Shown: positions 1-9,154 of the stretch, piece by piece
Layout: every line of letters starts with the position of its first letter
How positions within the stretch are numbered: position 1 is the stretch's first letter
From: Opitutales bacterium
GTDB taxonomy: Bacteria > Verrucomicrobiota > Verrucomicrobiia > Opitutales > PNEW01
NCBI GenBank assembly: GCA_965219535.1
Contig: CBDCNV010000002.1
Location: forward strand, 510,001-542,000
Reading direction: 5' to 3'
DNA length: 32,000 nt
The notes under the pieces: generated by a model
Databases searched by the model: none
The model's input: the letters and a program-made list of their open reading frames with translations, nothing else
Told to the model about the DNA's origin: nothing
Program-made: the position numbers and the translations under genes

Positions 1-1
1 T

Positions 2-580
2 AAAAACACCGCGGTTAATATCATGATCCTAACAACCTATATCAGTTTCCTTCTCTACCGGCGAGGGAACAAAGTGGCTACGGTTTCATGGGCGCCGCTT
101 GGTCACACAGCCCAATTTCTGATTTTCGCGGTTACGATAATTTTTGTTATTATCATTGGTGTCGTTGGTTATTTCGTCGAAGCCTCAGTACGGATCGGAC
201 TTTCCGTTCCCCAGGTTATCTCTGTGCTATCCGCGATGATCGCCGTTACAATGATTGATGTATTCCTCTTTCGCAATGCGCGCATTGTCGGTCAGATTAG
301 ATGGGGAGAGATCCCCGCCAGGGCGCAATACATGCTATTTTTCCTCGCTGTCACTTTTACCTGGCTGATGGGACTCATGGGCTACGTCCGTTCCGGCCTC
401 CGCCTGCATTGGCATGTATACGAAGTGATGAAGGATACATCCGTTGACGCCTTTACCCCGACATTGGGATTCGCCGCCACCGTGGTTTCCAGTATCGTTA
501 TCATCTTCTTCATCTTTATCATGTTTAATTTCTGGCTTACCGGGCTTCTTCACAAGAAAGATTGGGAACCCAAAACTTGA
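2..580 (+). CDS. Polytopic membrane protein, 5'-truncated by the window edge; tentatively the C-terminal part of a cytochrome bd subunit I (CydA)-like protein
   Basis: The frame is open from nt 2, with no stop before the first ATG at 23, so the gene continues upstream. About 5 hydrophobic helices are present. The segment MGYVRSGLRLHWHVYEVMKDTS plus a final TM helix resembles the conserved GW..E.GRQPW...EVL + last-TM end of CydA. It is the first gene of a tightly spaced same-strand operon with three c-type cytochromes. Confidence 0.45.
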   Translation, partial: KNTAVNIMILTTYISFLLYRRGNKVATVSWAPLGHTAQFLIFAVTIIFVIIIGVVGYFVEASVRIGLSVPQVISVLSAMIAVTMIDVFLFRNARIVGQIRWGEIPARAQYMLFFLAVTFTWLMGLMGYVRSGLRLHWHVYEVMKDTSVDAFTPTLGFAATVVSSIVIIFFIFIMFNFWLTGLLHKKDWEPKT

Positions 581-589
581 TCTGCAGAG

Positions 590-1408
590 ATGAAGAATGT
601 AATTAATATATTTGTCTTAACGATCTTAACCACTCTCTTTTATTGGTATGTGGCGCAAATGGTCCCGCAAAAGGAGACACATCCACCTGAAAGTGCAGAA
701 GTTCGGGAAGACATGAGCACTGCAGAAATGATCGTTGCCGGGGAAAAGATATCTACGGGTAAAGGGACCTGTTTTCTTTGTCATACGATGGGTTCTGAAG
801 GCTCACGCGCACCGGATCTAGCTGGTGTAGGGCAGCGAGCGACTACGCGTATAGAGGGCTATAGTGACATTGACTATTTAGCTGAATCCCTTTTTGAACC
901 GTCAGCCTATGTCGTGGATGGCTATAACCCCATTATGACACCCGCGCATAAAGCACCGATTAGTTTAACCCAACCGGAAGTTTTAGCGGTAGTCGCATAC
1001 CTTCAAAGTTTAGGGGGTTCCCCAACCGTTACGATGAAGACAAAATTGAAATACTCAGCCGATGCATCAGCGACTCCGGCACCAACGGCAGTGGCGAGCA
1101 GTGATGGAACTGCGGTTTCCTATGATCATCTCAGCGGGGAGGAGCTATTTAATAAGTACGCCTGTATGGCTTGCCACAGCCTGACTGACCCGATTCAACT
1201 GCTCGGCCCAAGTCTCTATGATGTAGGCAATAGATTGAGCAAGGCGGAAATCTATGAAGCTATTATCGATCCCGATGCGGTGGTTAACGAGGGTTTTGTT
1301 AAAGGAATAATGAGCGCCACGATCCAAGGGGCTGGATTTGATAAGGATGTTACTCCCCAACAACTGAGAAAAATGGTGGAATTTCTATCGGAGAAAAAAG
1401 GCAGTTAG
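590..1408 (+). CDS. Membrane-anchored diheme c-type cytochrome
   Basis: N-terminal hydrophobic anchor. Two CxxCH motifs: CFLCH at aa 61-65 and CMACH at aa 192-196. Each is followed by a GP(D/S)L..VG.R...DP pattern, which is typical of PVC-type heme-binding domains. The gene starts 9 nt after the upstream stop. Confidence 0.85.
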   Translation: MKNVINIFVLTILTTLFYWYVAQMVPQKETHPPESAEVREDMSTAEMIVAGEKISTGKGTCFLCHTMGSEGSRAPDLAGVGQRATTRIEGYSDIDYLAESLFEPSAYVVDGYNPIMTPAHKAPISLTQPEVLAVVAYLQSLGGSPTVTMKTKLKYSADASATPAPTAVASSDGTAVSYDHLSGEELFNKYACMACHSLTDPIQLLGPSLYDVGNRLSKAEIYEAIIDPDAVVNEGFVKGIMSATIQGAGFDKDVTPQQLRKMVEFLSEKKGS

Positions 1409-2242
1409 ATGAATTACATTATCATACCCCTGGTCTTGTTCGTTTTATTGGTCTTACATTTACTCAGCAGGTATAAAAAGTTCTCCTTCATTAACTCACT
1501 CTTTTGGGCAGTAGCGTGGTGGATTGCTATTTATGTGATTTTAAAAAACGCGATTTTACCACCGCTTCCATCCTCTATTGTACAGATGTTTATGGCGATC
1601 ATTACGATTGCGCTCTTCTTTTATATCACGGCAGATACCCAGCGATTAAAGGAAACCATTCATCCGATTATTCAATTTCTCGTTAATCGAAAATTTACAC
1701 TACCTCTAGGTATCGTGATTATAATCATTCCGTTGCTTGTCGCGGGGAAGGTTTATTTGGGTTCCCAGGTAAAAATTGTTGCCCCGGTATTTGGTCGAAG
1801 TATCCATCCCGCACCGCCAACGGAAATTAATTATCAAGGCAGACAGTTAATGCTTAATGACCTTGAAAATCCGTATCGTCATTTAGAGACGGATAACCCC
1901 GCCGAGTTTCAGGAACACGTTGAAGAAGGCCGTAAAGTATATTACAATAATTGTGTTTTCTGCCATGGTGACACCTTGGACGGGAAAGGAATTTTTGCCC
2001 ATGGATTCAATCCGATACCTGCCAATTTTGCTGACGTTGGCACGATTGCGCAATTGCAGGAATCCTATGTCTTCTGGCGGGTGGCCAAGGGAGCGCCCGA
2101 TCTCCCTGACGAATCAGGACCCTGGAGCTCTGCCATGCCCGCGTGGGAAAAATTCCTAACCGAAGATGAAATTTGGGACGTCATTCTTTTCATTTACGAT
2201 TTTACCGGGCACAAGCCTAGGGCGAAAATGGAGCACCACTAA
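1409..2242 (+). CDS. Integral-membrane (about 4 TM) monoheme c-type cytochrome
   Basis: Four N-terminal hydrophobic helices, then a class-I cytochrome c domain (NNCVFCHGDTLDGKG ... SAMPAW ... EIWDVILFIY). The ATG directly abuts the upstream TAG (1406-1408), which suggests translational coupling. Confidence 0.8.
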   Translation: MNYIIIPLVLFVLLVLHLLSRYKKFSFINSLFWAVAWWIAIYVILKNAILPPLPSSIVQMFMAIITIALFFYITADTQRLKETIHPIIQFLVNRKFTLPLGIVIIIIPLLVAGKVYLGSQVKIVAPVFGRSIHPAPPTEINYQGRQLMLNDLENPYRHLETDNPAEFQEHVEEGRKVYYNNCVFCHGDTLDGKGIFAHGFNPIPANFADVGTIAQLQESYVFWRVAKGAPDLPDESGPWSSAMPAWEKFLTEDEIWDVILFIYDFTGHKPRAKMEHH

Positions 2243-2258
2243 TCTTGAATGGTAAGTA

Positions 2259-3869
2259 ATGAAATCAAGCATGCAATTTTCTAAGAAGAGCAGTTCGCGA
2301 CAGCTTTCATATGCCCTGACTTTCATCGGTTTATTTACAACCGGTATCGTATACTCTGGCGAAGTGAACCTGGGAACAGAAGTGGAGCTAGCGGCAGGAA
2401 AAAAATTGTATACTAATTATTGTGCTCATTGTCATGGGGTTGATGGAGACGGTAAAGGATCCGCGAGTCGGTACTTTCATCCCAAACCAAGAGACTTTAG
2501 GAGAGGGATATATAAACTGCGCAGTACGGATAGCGGTGAACTACCCACCGATGAGGACATCATTCAAGTTATTAAAAGAGGCATGCCTTATACCGGGATG
2601 CCCGCGTTCACCGATTTTAGTGAAGAAGAATACCAAAATCTCACCTATTATTTGAAAACTTTCAATGAAGATTTTACCGATCCGGATTTTATCGTAGATC
2701 CACTCACTTTTCCTGAAGCCCCTCCTTACAGTGAAGAATCAGCTTTGAAGGGAAAGGAGATTTACACTATCAATGAGTGCTATGGCTGTCATGGTGAAAA
2801 TGGGCGAAGTGATGGGGTATCGGCCCTCAAGCTTGAAGATGGATTTGGTAAGATAAAATATCACATCCGGCCAGCTGATTTAACAAAAAGATGGACATTC
2901 AGACGAGGGGCAACACGCGAAGACATGTATCGAGCCTTTACGACTGGCTTGAATGGAACGCCGATGCCATCCTATAAAGATTCGATAACTCCTGAAGACC
3001 GGTGGCATCTTGTAGATTATATTTATTCACTTTCGGACAAGGATGAACCGAACTATTCTACGACGATAATCGCGGAGTATACCGAAGAAGAAATTGATCT
3101 TTCACAAGGTAAGGCTTTTTTTGAAAATAGCGAAGCTGCGCTCTTTCCCCTTGTCGGGCAAGTCATCGAGCCAGGGCGGGAGTTTTTCCCGTCGGCAAAT
3201 GCGATCGAAGTCAGAGCGGTCTACAATCATGAGGATATTGCATTTATGCTATCCTGGAATGACATGAATGCGGAAATCGAAGGTAGTAACGCTCCCGACA
3301 TTGCAGTTGAGAAATTCCATCTCGATAAACCGGAAAGTCAGGAGAAAACATTGGTTGTTGAAGATAGCGTGAAAAAGTATTCCGATGCAGTTGCGTTACA
3401 AATTCCCAGTGTCATGCCTGAGGGATTTAAAAAACCCTATTTCCTGTACGGTGATAAAAAGAAAACCGTTGATGTATCCTTTCTAGATCTGGCCACTAAA
3501 AATGTTGTAAAACAATATACAGGTTATGGCTATAATCGGCTTACAGCTGTAGACAATGAGACTGTAACTGCGCACTCGAATTACGATAACGGTGAATGGT
3601 CAGTAATCTTTAAATACAATCGCAATTTGGTTGCTGAAGAAGGTCTATCCTTTATCGAGGAAAGTTTCATTCCGCTTTCGTTTTATGTATGGGATGGCTT
3701 TAACAACGAAAGGGGCGTTGATAGTAGTATTACCGCATGGTACAGTCTATATTTAAAGTCTTCGGTTGAGGAATCTCCGATAATCCCAATGCTTATATAC
3801 GGACTCCTCACTCTCTTTATAGAATTAATTATTGTCTTCCTGATGAGGAAGAAATTTTCCACCGCTTGA
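2259..3869 (+). CDS. Diheme cytochrome c fused to an ethylbenzene dehydrogenase gamma-type (EB_dh / DOMON-like) heme-b domain, with a C-terminal TM anchor
   Basis: Signal/anchor at the N-terminus. CAHCH and CYGCH motifs sit in two cytochrome c domains (PRDF..G.YKLRST.SGELPTDEDI...GMPAF). The C-terminal half (IEVRAVYNHEDIAFMLSWND... YSDAVALQIP ... GEWSVIFKYNR ... FYVWDGFNNERG) fits the EB_dh fold family. The final 25 aa are hydrophobic. Confidence 0.7.
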   Translation: MKSSMQFSKKSSSRQLSYALTFIGLFTTGIVYSGEVNLGTEVELAAGKKLYTNYCAHCHGVDGDGKGSASRYFHPKPRDFRRGIYKLRSTDSGELPTDEDIIQVIKRGMPYTGMPAFTDFSEEEYQNLTYYLKTFNEDFTDPDFIVDPLTFPEAPPYSEESALKGKEIYTINECYGCHGENGRSDGVSALKLEDGFGKIKYHIRPADLTKRWTFRRGATREDMYRAFTTGLNGTPMPSYKDSITPEDRWHLVDYIYSLSDKDEPNYSTTIIAEYTEEEIDLSQGKAFFENSEAALFPLVGQVIEPGREFFPSANAIEVRAVYNHEDIAFMLSWNDMNAEIEGSNAPDIAVEKFHLDKPESQEKTLVVEDSVKKYSDAVALQIPSVMPEGFKKPYFLYGDKKKTVDVSFLDLATKNVVKQYTGYGYNRLTAVDNETVTAHSNYDNGEWSVIFKYNRNLVAEEGLSFIEESFIPLSFYVWDGFNNERGVDSSITAWYSLYLKSSVEESPIIPMLIYGLLTLFIELIIVFLMRKKFSTA

Positions 3870-3888
3870 GCGGTCGGGAATTAATATT

Positions 3889-4659
3889 CTAAGAATTATC
3901 TTGTATCGCCTGTCGTGCCGCTTTCGACGTCTGATCCGAAGCATTCGTGAGAAACACTGTATCAGCACCAGAGGCCAACATATTAAAGCCGATTGAATGG
4001 GCGTATTTTATAATCTCTGGGGAGTGTGCGGGCATAACAGAGAATTTACCTGATTTTTTACTTGCTTGAGCTACTGCCTCCATATCATTCCCCAACGTTT
4101 CTCTTGTACGTGGAACACCCATGGACACCCCTCGTCTTAAGAGGATGTCATCGGGGCCAAGAAATAGCGCATCTATGCCATCAAGCGCAACGATGGCTTC
4201 AGCATTCTCTACCGCCTCTGGTGTTTCGATCTGGGCAATGAGCATCGTGTCTTCATTCGCGTTTTGAGAAAAATCACGGCTTTTCATGTCGATTATACGA
4301 CGTCCACCAAAAGATCGCTCTCCGAGGGGAGGGAACTTCGCGGCACTAACGATAGCTTTTGCCTCTTCTACGGTGTTAACGAGGGGGACAATAATGCCGT
4401 TTGCGCCCGCATCGAGAAACATACCAATATTGCTCGATTCATGCGAGGGAACGCGAGCAATTGCCGGTAATTCCATGAGCTCACAAACTCTTATCAGATC
4501 TAACACATCCTTATAAGCAAGTTGTCCGTGTTGTCCATCGATCCATACCCAATCCCAATCCTTGCCGATCCGCTCAAGGATACCAGGTGCTGGATAACTA
4601 ATCGCGAAACCGAACTGAGTTTTCCCCGCTCTTACATTTTCTATAAATTGTTTCATCAT
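3889..4659 (-). CDS. HpcH/HpaI family aldolase (2-keto-3-deoxy-acid aldolase class II)
   Basis: Length is 256 aa. Family-typical blocks are present: WVWIDGQHG, ARVPSHE, GANGIIVPLVNT.EEA, PP.G.RSFGG, IAQIET.EAV.N...I....GIDALFLGP.D. Confidence 0.8.
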   Translation of the reverse strand: MMKQFIENVRAGKTQFGFAISYPAPGILERIGKDWDWVWIDGQHGQLAYKDVLDLIRVCELMELPAIARVPSHESSNIGMFLDAGANGIIVPLVNTVEEAKAIVSAAKFPPLGERSFGGRRIIDMKSRDFSQNANEDTMLIAQIETPEAVENAEAIVALDGIDALFLGPDDILLRRGVSMGVPRTRETLGNDMEAVAQASKKSGKFSVMPAHSPEIIKYAHSIGFNMLASGADTVFLTNASDQTSKAARQAIQDNS

Positions 4660-4713
4660 AGTCCCTATCTATGTATGACCGTTTTATTTAAGCAATACCA
4701 AACAGAATTCGAG

Positions 4714-5607
4714 TCACTGATCTTTCGTTGTGATCACGCAGTACTCAGTATAACTTTGTGTTTTTCTAAAACTGATCGTCTCTAGAAAAGAGAAATCAAC
4801 TTCATGAGTGGATAGCTTAGGGATTTCTATCGACGAGCTGATTGTAGTGGATAAATGTTTTATCAGAAGACCCAATAGCATCGTTTCCTTTTCCCGGTTT
4901 TTACACCCGAGACCTAAAATTTTTAATGGTGAATGACCGTCAACATTATCAGATTCGTCTTCAACATAGAATAGATAAGCGGCAATTCCATCTACGTCTG
5001 GGATGCCGATCCCTTTGATTTCTTTTTTTCGATTATTGAGCGTTTGTGTTCTACGATCCCATGCAAGCAGGGTTTCATCAGAAAGCGTATCCTTCGCGGT
5101 TTTCTTAAGGTAGCGATCCTCAAGATCGTCAAGTTCAACTGGAATGACCCATTGAGATGAAGTGGGTGGGGTTAAAGGAGTTGTGGTCGAAAAGTCCGAA
5201 TAATTTCTGTGCGCTGCAAATTCAAGTTTCTCAAAAAAAGCAGCTAAGTCTTTTCGTTTATCTGGAATCACGACAGTCAACAACGGAGGACCCAATACGG
5301 CCATTTTATCGATCAAAGAAGTCACGAGATGATGTCCGTAATCATGCCCCCCGTAGTTGGGATGAATGCCCAACCTCAATATTAACGAAGAAGCCTCTCT
5401 CTTCGCCGCTATTAAAACACCAACAGGATCTTTATCATCCAGTGCAAGCATGCATGAACTGGACCAAAGATTGAGCTGTTTAATTTCCCTCTTAATACCC
5501 CCTAAAGTGAGTGAGGCAGCATCGGGAAAATGAACGTCGTAACACCGGTTTACGGCATCGACGAGTAATGGAATATCATCAGGGCGACAAAACCTGAAAG
5601 AGGGCAT
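4714..5607 (-). CDS. GNAT-family N-acetyltransferase-like protein with an extra C-terminal domain
   Basis: The N-terminal 150 aa have the GNAT layout. An acetyl-CoA loop-like segment is present: LGIHPNYGGHDYGHHLVTSLIDK (compare V.P.yrG.GiG..L). The C-terminal half is not recognisable. Confidence 0.5.
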   Translation of the reverse strand: MPSFRFCRPDDIPLLVDAVNRCYDVHFPDAASLTLGGIKREIKQLNLWSSSCMLALDDKDPVGVLIAAKREASSLILRLGIHPNYGGHDYGHHLVTSLIDKMAVLGPPLLTVVIPDKRKDLAAFFEKLEFAAHRNYSDFSTTTPLTPPTSSQWVIPVELDDLEDRYLKKTAKDTLSDETLLAWDRRTQTLNNRKKEIKGIGIPDVDGIAAYLFYVEDESDNVDGHSPLKILGLGCKNREKETMLLGLLIKHLSTTISSSIEIPKLSTHEVDFSFLETISFRKTQSYTEYCVITTKDQ

Positions 5608-5613
5608 GCACGA

Positions 5614-7662
5614 TTAATAGTCGGAACGTTTTTTATCCAATTCTGACATAACGCTGACCTCATTGAGGTTTTCCTTCGGAGGCTGATTGGGGGGATAGTC
5701 ATTCACTTCTTCACTACCATAAACCGGTGGCGCAGCGGTTCTTGAATTGCCGTTACCATTGCTTTGCGAAGTGATCATTTCCTCCATCATCATGCGACCA
5801 ATTTCGATACCTTTTTCGACAAGATCGAGATCGATCGTTATTACCTTACTTTCCAAAGCTACGCTCTCTATTCGTTCCTGCACCTTATCGCGCATAAAAC
5901 CTGAGGGGACACGCAATATTCGTTCTGTGGCATCCGGAGTCCATTCAAACACTGATTTTAAAGGTGTGCCTTTTGTATCCCGGGCAATTAATTTAACCCC
6001 ACCGTCAATTTCATGCTCAAGAAGTGTGTTCAGATCTTCGGGTGAGGAAGATTGAGCTTGTTCTTCCAGGCTGTCTTCATGACCGAGCTCCTTTAAAATT
6101 CCCTCGGCGAATTCTAAAGTTACTGCACTCAAGCGCCGCATCCGGGCTGCTTTTTCAATGTACGCTTTTGCCCGTCTTTTCTGATAAGCGTCTTTAATCG
6201 CAGGTAAGAGTTTACGGGCTTCTTGGGTCCAGGTTAGTTTTTTTCCATCATAGGTGGTTTCATCTTTTGCGCCCCCTTCCGATGCAACAATTTTTTCTAT
6301 TGTTTCCGGAGTAATGATTTCAAAATTTGCCGATCCGCAAACGGCGCACTTTACAGGGTTTTCCTCTTTAGCGGTGGTTCCGCAACCTATACAAAGTGCG
6401 GTGTTCCCTTTGCGCGCTTGATTAAAAGCTAAAGTTTCCGCGAGTTTATCAGTTGCTTTCGCTGCTTGTTTGGGCATGAAACGATCAATCGCTTCATCGA
6501 TTAAAGAGTTGGTAACGACACTGTGACCTTTTTCCACCGCAAGCCGTAATATCCCGGTGCGGGCAATGCCTTTCACGAGCGGAGGAACCCTGGTCATCCG
6601 CTCTTCGGCTTCCTGTGTCCATTGAATACTCTCTTCCGCTTTACGGTCGAGTTCCGGATGGACCAAAACTGAACTGAGTAAAATATCACAGGGGGCCATG
6701 CGTAAAAGATTATCCGTGTTGCTTCCCAAACCGGAGTCTTCAAGGTCACTATGAACCCCGATTCTGCCTACGATCAACAGCCAGGGAGGATTTTTGCGCG
6801 CGTAATCCAGAATCTTTTGAAAGGCTTTCCCGTCGAGTAAAACTTTTTCCGCTTCTATGCCTTTTTCTTTCAGCATCTTTTCCGCGACCTCAAGATGTGA
6901 CTGGTAGATCTGCGCGAGTCCAGTGTCGATTATCTCCTCATGCAATTGGTTCTGTTCTTCAAAGCGGAAAACCTTAGCGGCTTTATCGGTAAGGACATCG
7001 ACGATCCCATTGAATACCATGTAATGGAGATAGGGGTCATATATACCAATGAGGGTAATTTTTTTATTAAATTTTTCTGCCAACTCGGCGGCCGTCATCA
7101 GTGCTCCAAACGACTGTGGGCTACCGTCAATCCCGACGAGGATCGTATCGCGCTCCGGCTCATCCTCCTTGGGGACATGTTTTACAACCCAGATATCACC
7201 TTTTCCATGACGGGTAACACCCTGACAAACTGCGCCGATCTGGCTGTCTTTGGTTTTCCCAATACCCTTAATGCCGAGAACCGTAAGATCATAATCGGAA
7301 GCTTCCATATCGTTTAAGATTTGTTCATGGTGCTTCCCATCTATCATTTTTCGTTCCATTTCCAGCCCCTCCGCTTGGCAGAGCTTATCCATCTCATTGA
7401 GATAGCAATCGGAAATGAGCTTTAACCCCATTGTAATTAAACTGTCGTGAATCTTCCGCTGCCTTTCTAATTCCGTCTCCTGAAGGTATTCGCCGGGCAG
7501 TGTAAACTCCATTTGCTTGAATCGATAATCATGCATCTTGGCGGCATAAACATGATTGCCGGTCATTGAGGAGTTGAATTTCTTCCCAATTTGAATCGCG
7601 ATATTGATCGCTTGATTTGAATAGTCAGAGTTATCTACAGGAACGAGAATCGATTTAAACAT
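5614..7662 (-). CDS. Tandem universal stress protein (USP) domains fused to three PCP_red-like modules and a Zn-ribbon
   Basis: USP signatures: ILVPVDNSDYS, then ILVGIDGSPQS ... LLIVGRIG...GLGS. Three W-T-x-(E/D)-A ... P ... modules follow (IQWTQEAEERMTRVPPLVKGIA..., LTWTQEARKLLPAIKDAYQ..., FEWTPDATERILRVPSGFMRDKV...). CIGCG...CAVCG lies between modules 1 and 2. Confidence 0.7.
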   Translation of the reverse strand: MFKSILVPVDNSDYSNQAINIAIQIGKKFNSSMTGNHVYAAKMHDYRFKQMEFTLPGEYLQETELERQRKIHDSLITMGLKLISDCYLNEMDKLCQAEGLEMERKMIDGKHHEQILNDMEASDYDLTVLGIKGIGKTKDSQIGAVCQGVTRHGKGDIWVVKHVPKEDEPERDTILVGIDGSPQSFGALMTAAELAEKFNKKITLIGIYDPYLHYMVFNGIVDVLTDKAAKVFRFEEQNQLHEEIIDTGLAQIYQSHLEVAEKMLKEKGIEAEKVLLDGKAFQKILDYARKNPPWLLIVGRIGVHSDLEDSGLGSNTDNLLRMAPCDILLSSVLVHPELDRKAEESIQWTQEAEERMTRVPPLVKGIARTGILRLAVEKGHSVVTNSLIDEAIDRFMPKQAAKATDKLAETLAFNQARKGNTALCIGCGTTAKEENPVKCAVCGSANFEIITPETIEKIVASEGGAKDETTYDGKKLTWTQEARKLLPAIKDAYQKRRAKAYIEKAARMRRLSAVTLEFAEGILKELGHEDSLEEQAQSSSPEDLNTLLEHEIDGGVKLIARDTKGTPLKSVFEWTPDATERILRVPSGFMRDKVQERIESVALESKVITIDLDLVEKGIEIGRMMMEEMITSQSNGNGNSRTAAPPVYGSEEVNDYPPNQPPKENLNEVSVMSELDKKRSDY

Positions 7663-7772
7663 GTATCTTACCTATCGGGTTTTAGTATGAATTAAACTGT
7701 CTTAGTAATGGATTTCGCAGCGTCAAAATCATTCGAATAATTGGATATGATGTCAATGCAATGTGGTTACAT

Positions 7773-9107
7773 TTAGTGTTTTCCAAAGATTTTCGGGGTC
7801 GGCATTTTCTTGCGTATTTCAGAAAGAACATCACCCGTCACCCGGGAGATATTGTTTTTTTGACAATAGGATTCTACGGATTTCTTTACCATGCCGCGAA
7901 CGAATGCGGGAATCTCTTTCATCCGGTCCTTCGCATCATTTCCCCATTCAATCGCATCTGATTCATTGAGATTGTGGGGGAGGCCGTATACCAATCCGGG
8001 ATAGTTGTTGATTGACTCGCGTGAATATTTTCCCGGTGTAAAATCACAGAGCGGATCCTCAGCCATGTAATCTCCGGTCGCTCCGAATGAGCGGGCACGA
8101 CAACCCCCGCATACACCGTTAAATTCACATGCCCCGCAACGATCGCCTAGCTCATTGCGGCGGCGAATTTTTATAAACAGTTCGGAGTCATTCCAAACCT
8201 CAGCCATTGTTTGCTTTTGCAAATTACCTCCAAATACAGGGAGATAGGGACAGGGAGTCATGTCACCATTAGGGCGAATACCCATATATTGAGTTCCCGC
8301 TGGGCAACCTCCCGCTCCACCGGTAAAGGACTTTAAAAACTTCGAATCGGGAGCTTCCTCATATAGGTGTTTAATATAATGGGGAGCACATTTCGCATTG
8401 GTGACCATTTTCCCGTCATATTTTTTCTGGATATGTGAAAGTGTCTTTAAAACTTCATTATATTGGTCCTGGCTGATTTCAGAGACGAACTGTCCACGAC
8501 CTGTGGGTACGAGAAAATAGAGATTAAAAACCTTGGCACCCATTTCCTGGTAAGCGTAATCGGCTATAGCTTCTATTTGATCAAAATTATGTTTTCCGAC
8601 CGTCGTTTGGACGATGAAGGAGAGGCCCGTGCGATGCAAAACTTTCGCTCCGTTAACCGTATTTTCCCAAGCGCCTTTTACCCCGCGAAATCTGTCGTGG
8701 AGTTCAGGATCGAGAGCGTCAAGCGAGAGCGACAGCCCTCGCAACCCGCTGTCTTTTAATATTCTCGCCAGGTTTTCTGTGATGAGGACACCATTTGTTC
8801 CACAGACGACCCAAAGATCTTTTTCACTGCCGTATTCTATGATCTCGAGAATATCCTTTCGCAGCAAAGGTTCGCCTCCAGTGAGGATGGTCAAAGCTTC
8901 GGGAGCAAAGTCAGCGATCTGATCAATGATTTCTTTACATTGAGTGGTGTTAAGTTCACTGCGATCAGCAAATCCATCGGTTGATAACCGGCGAACATCT
9001 TTTCCTCCCGCATCGAGGTAACAATGCTCACATTTTAAATTACAACGGTTAGTTAAATTCCATGAAATAACATAGGGCCGCTGAAATTTATTTACGTCTG
9101 TGTGCAT
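7773..9107 (-). CDS. Radical SAM / SPASM-domain enzyme with a C-terminal PCP_red-like module
   Basis: CNLKCEHC (C22/C26/C29, CxxxCxxC) preceded by ISWNLTNR. GGEPLL is present. A Cys-rich SPASM-like region follows (GGCPAG...MTPCPY...CGACEFNGVCGGCRARS). The C-terminal tail is IEWGNDAKDRMKEIPAFVRGMVKKSVESYCQKNNISRVTGDVL. Confidence 0.85.
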   Translation of the reverse strand: MHTDVNKFQRPYVISWNLTNRCNLKCEHCYLDAGGKDVRRLSTDGFADRSELNTTQCKEIIDQIADFAPEALTILTGGEPLLRKDILEIIEYGSEKDLWVVCGTNGVLITENLARILKDSGLRGLSLSLDALDPELHDRFRGVKGAWENTVNGAKVLHRTGLSFIVQTTVGKHNFDQIEAIADYAYQEMGAKVFNLYFLVPTGRGQFVSEISQDQYNEVLKTLSHIQKKYDGKMVTNAKCAPHYIKHLYEEAPDSKFLKSFTGGAGGCPAGTQYMGIRPNGDMTPCPYLPVFGGNLQKQTMAEVWNDSELFIKIRRRNELGDRCGACEFNGVCGGCRARSFGATGDYMAEDPLCDFTPGKYSRESINNYPGLVYGLPHNLNESDAIEWGNDAKDRMKEIPAFVRGMVKKSVESYCQKNNISRVTGDVLSEIRKKMPTPKIFGKH

Positions 9108-9128
9108 TTATAATGATTTTTGATTAAA

Positions 9129-9150
9129 CACGAATGAACACGAATAGACG
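9129..9150. repeat. Left terminal inverted repeat of GxxExxY cassette 1 (two tandem 10-nt units, cacgaatgaa / cacgaataga)
   Basis: cacgaatagac (9139-9149) is the exact reverse complement of gtctattcgtg (9591-9601). Over the full 20 nt, 17/20 positions are complementary to 9582-9601. Confidence 0.75.
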
Positions 9151-9154
9151 CTAA

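Noticed and set aside
3870-3888. The convergent junction between the cytochrome operon and the aldolase gene, examined for a bidirectional terminator
   Set aside because: It is only 19 nt long and has no convincing stem-loop.
7728-7756. A TTGACA hexamer (minus strand, 7756-7751) upstream of the USP gene, considered as a sigma-70-type promoter
   Set aside because: The best -10 candidate at 17-nt spacing (aatgat) is poor, and promoter consensus for this lineage is uncertain. This is not enough to call a promoter.
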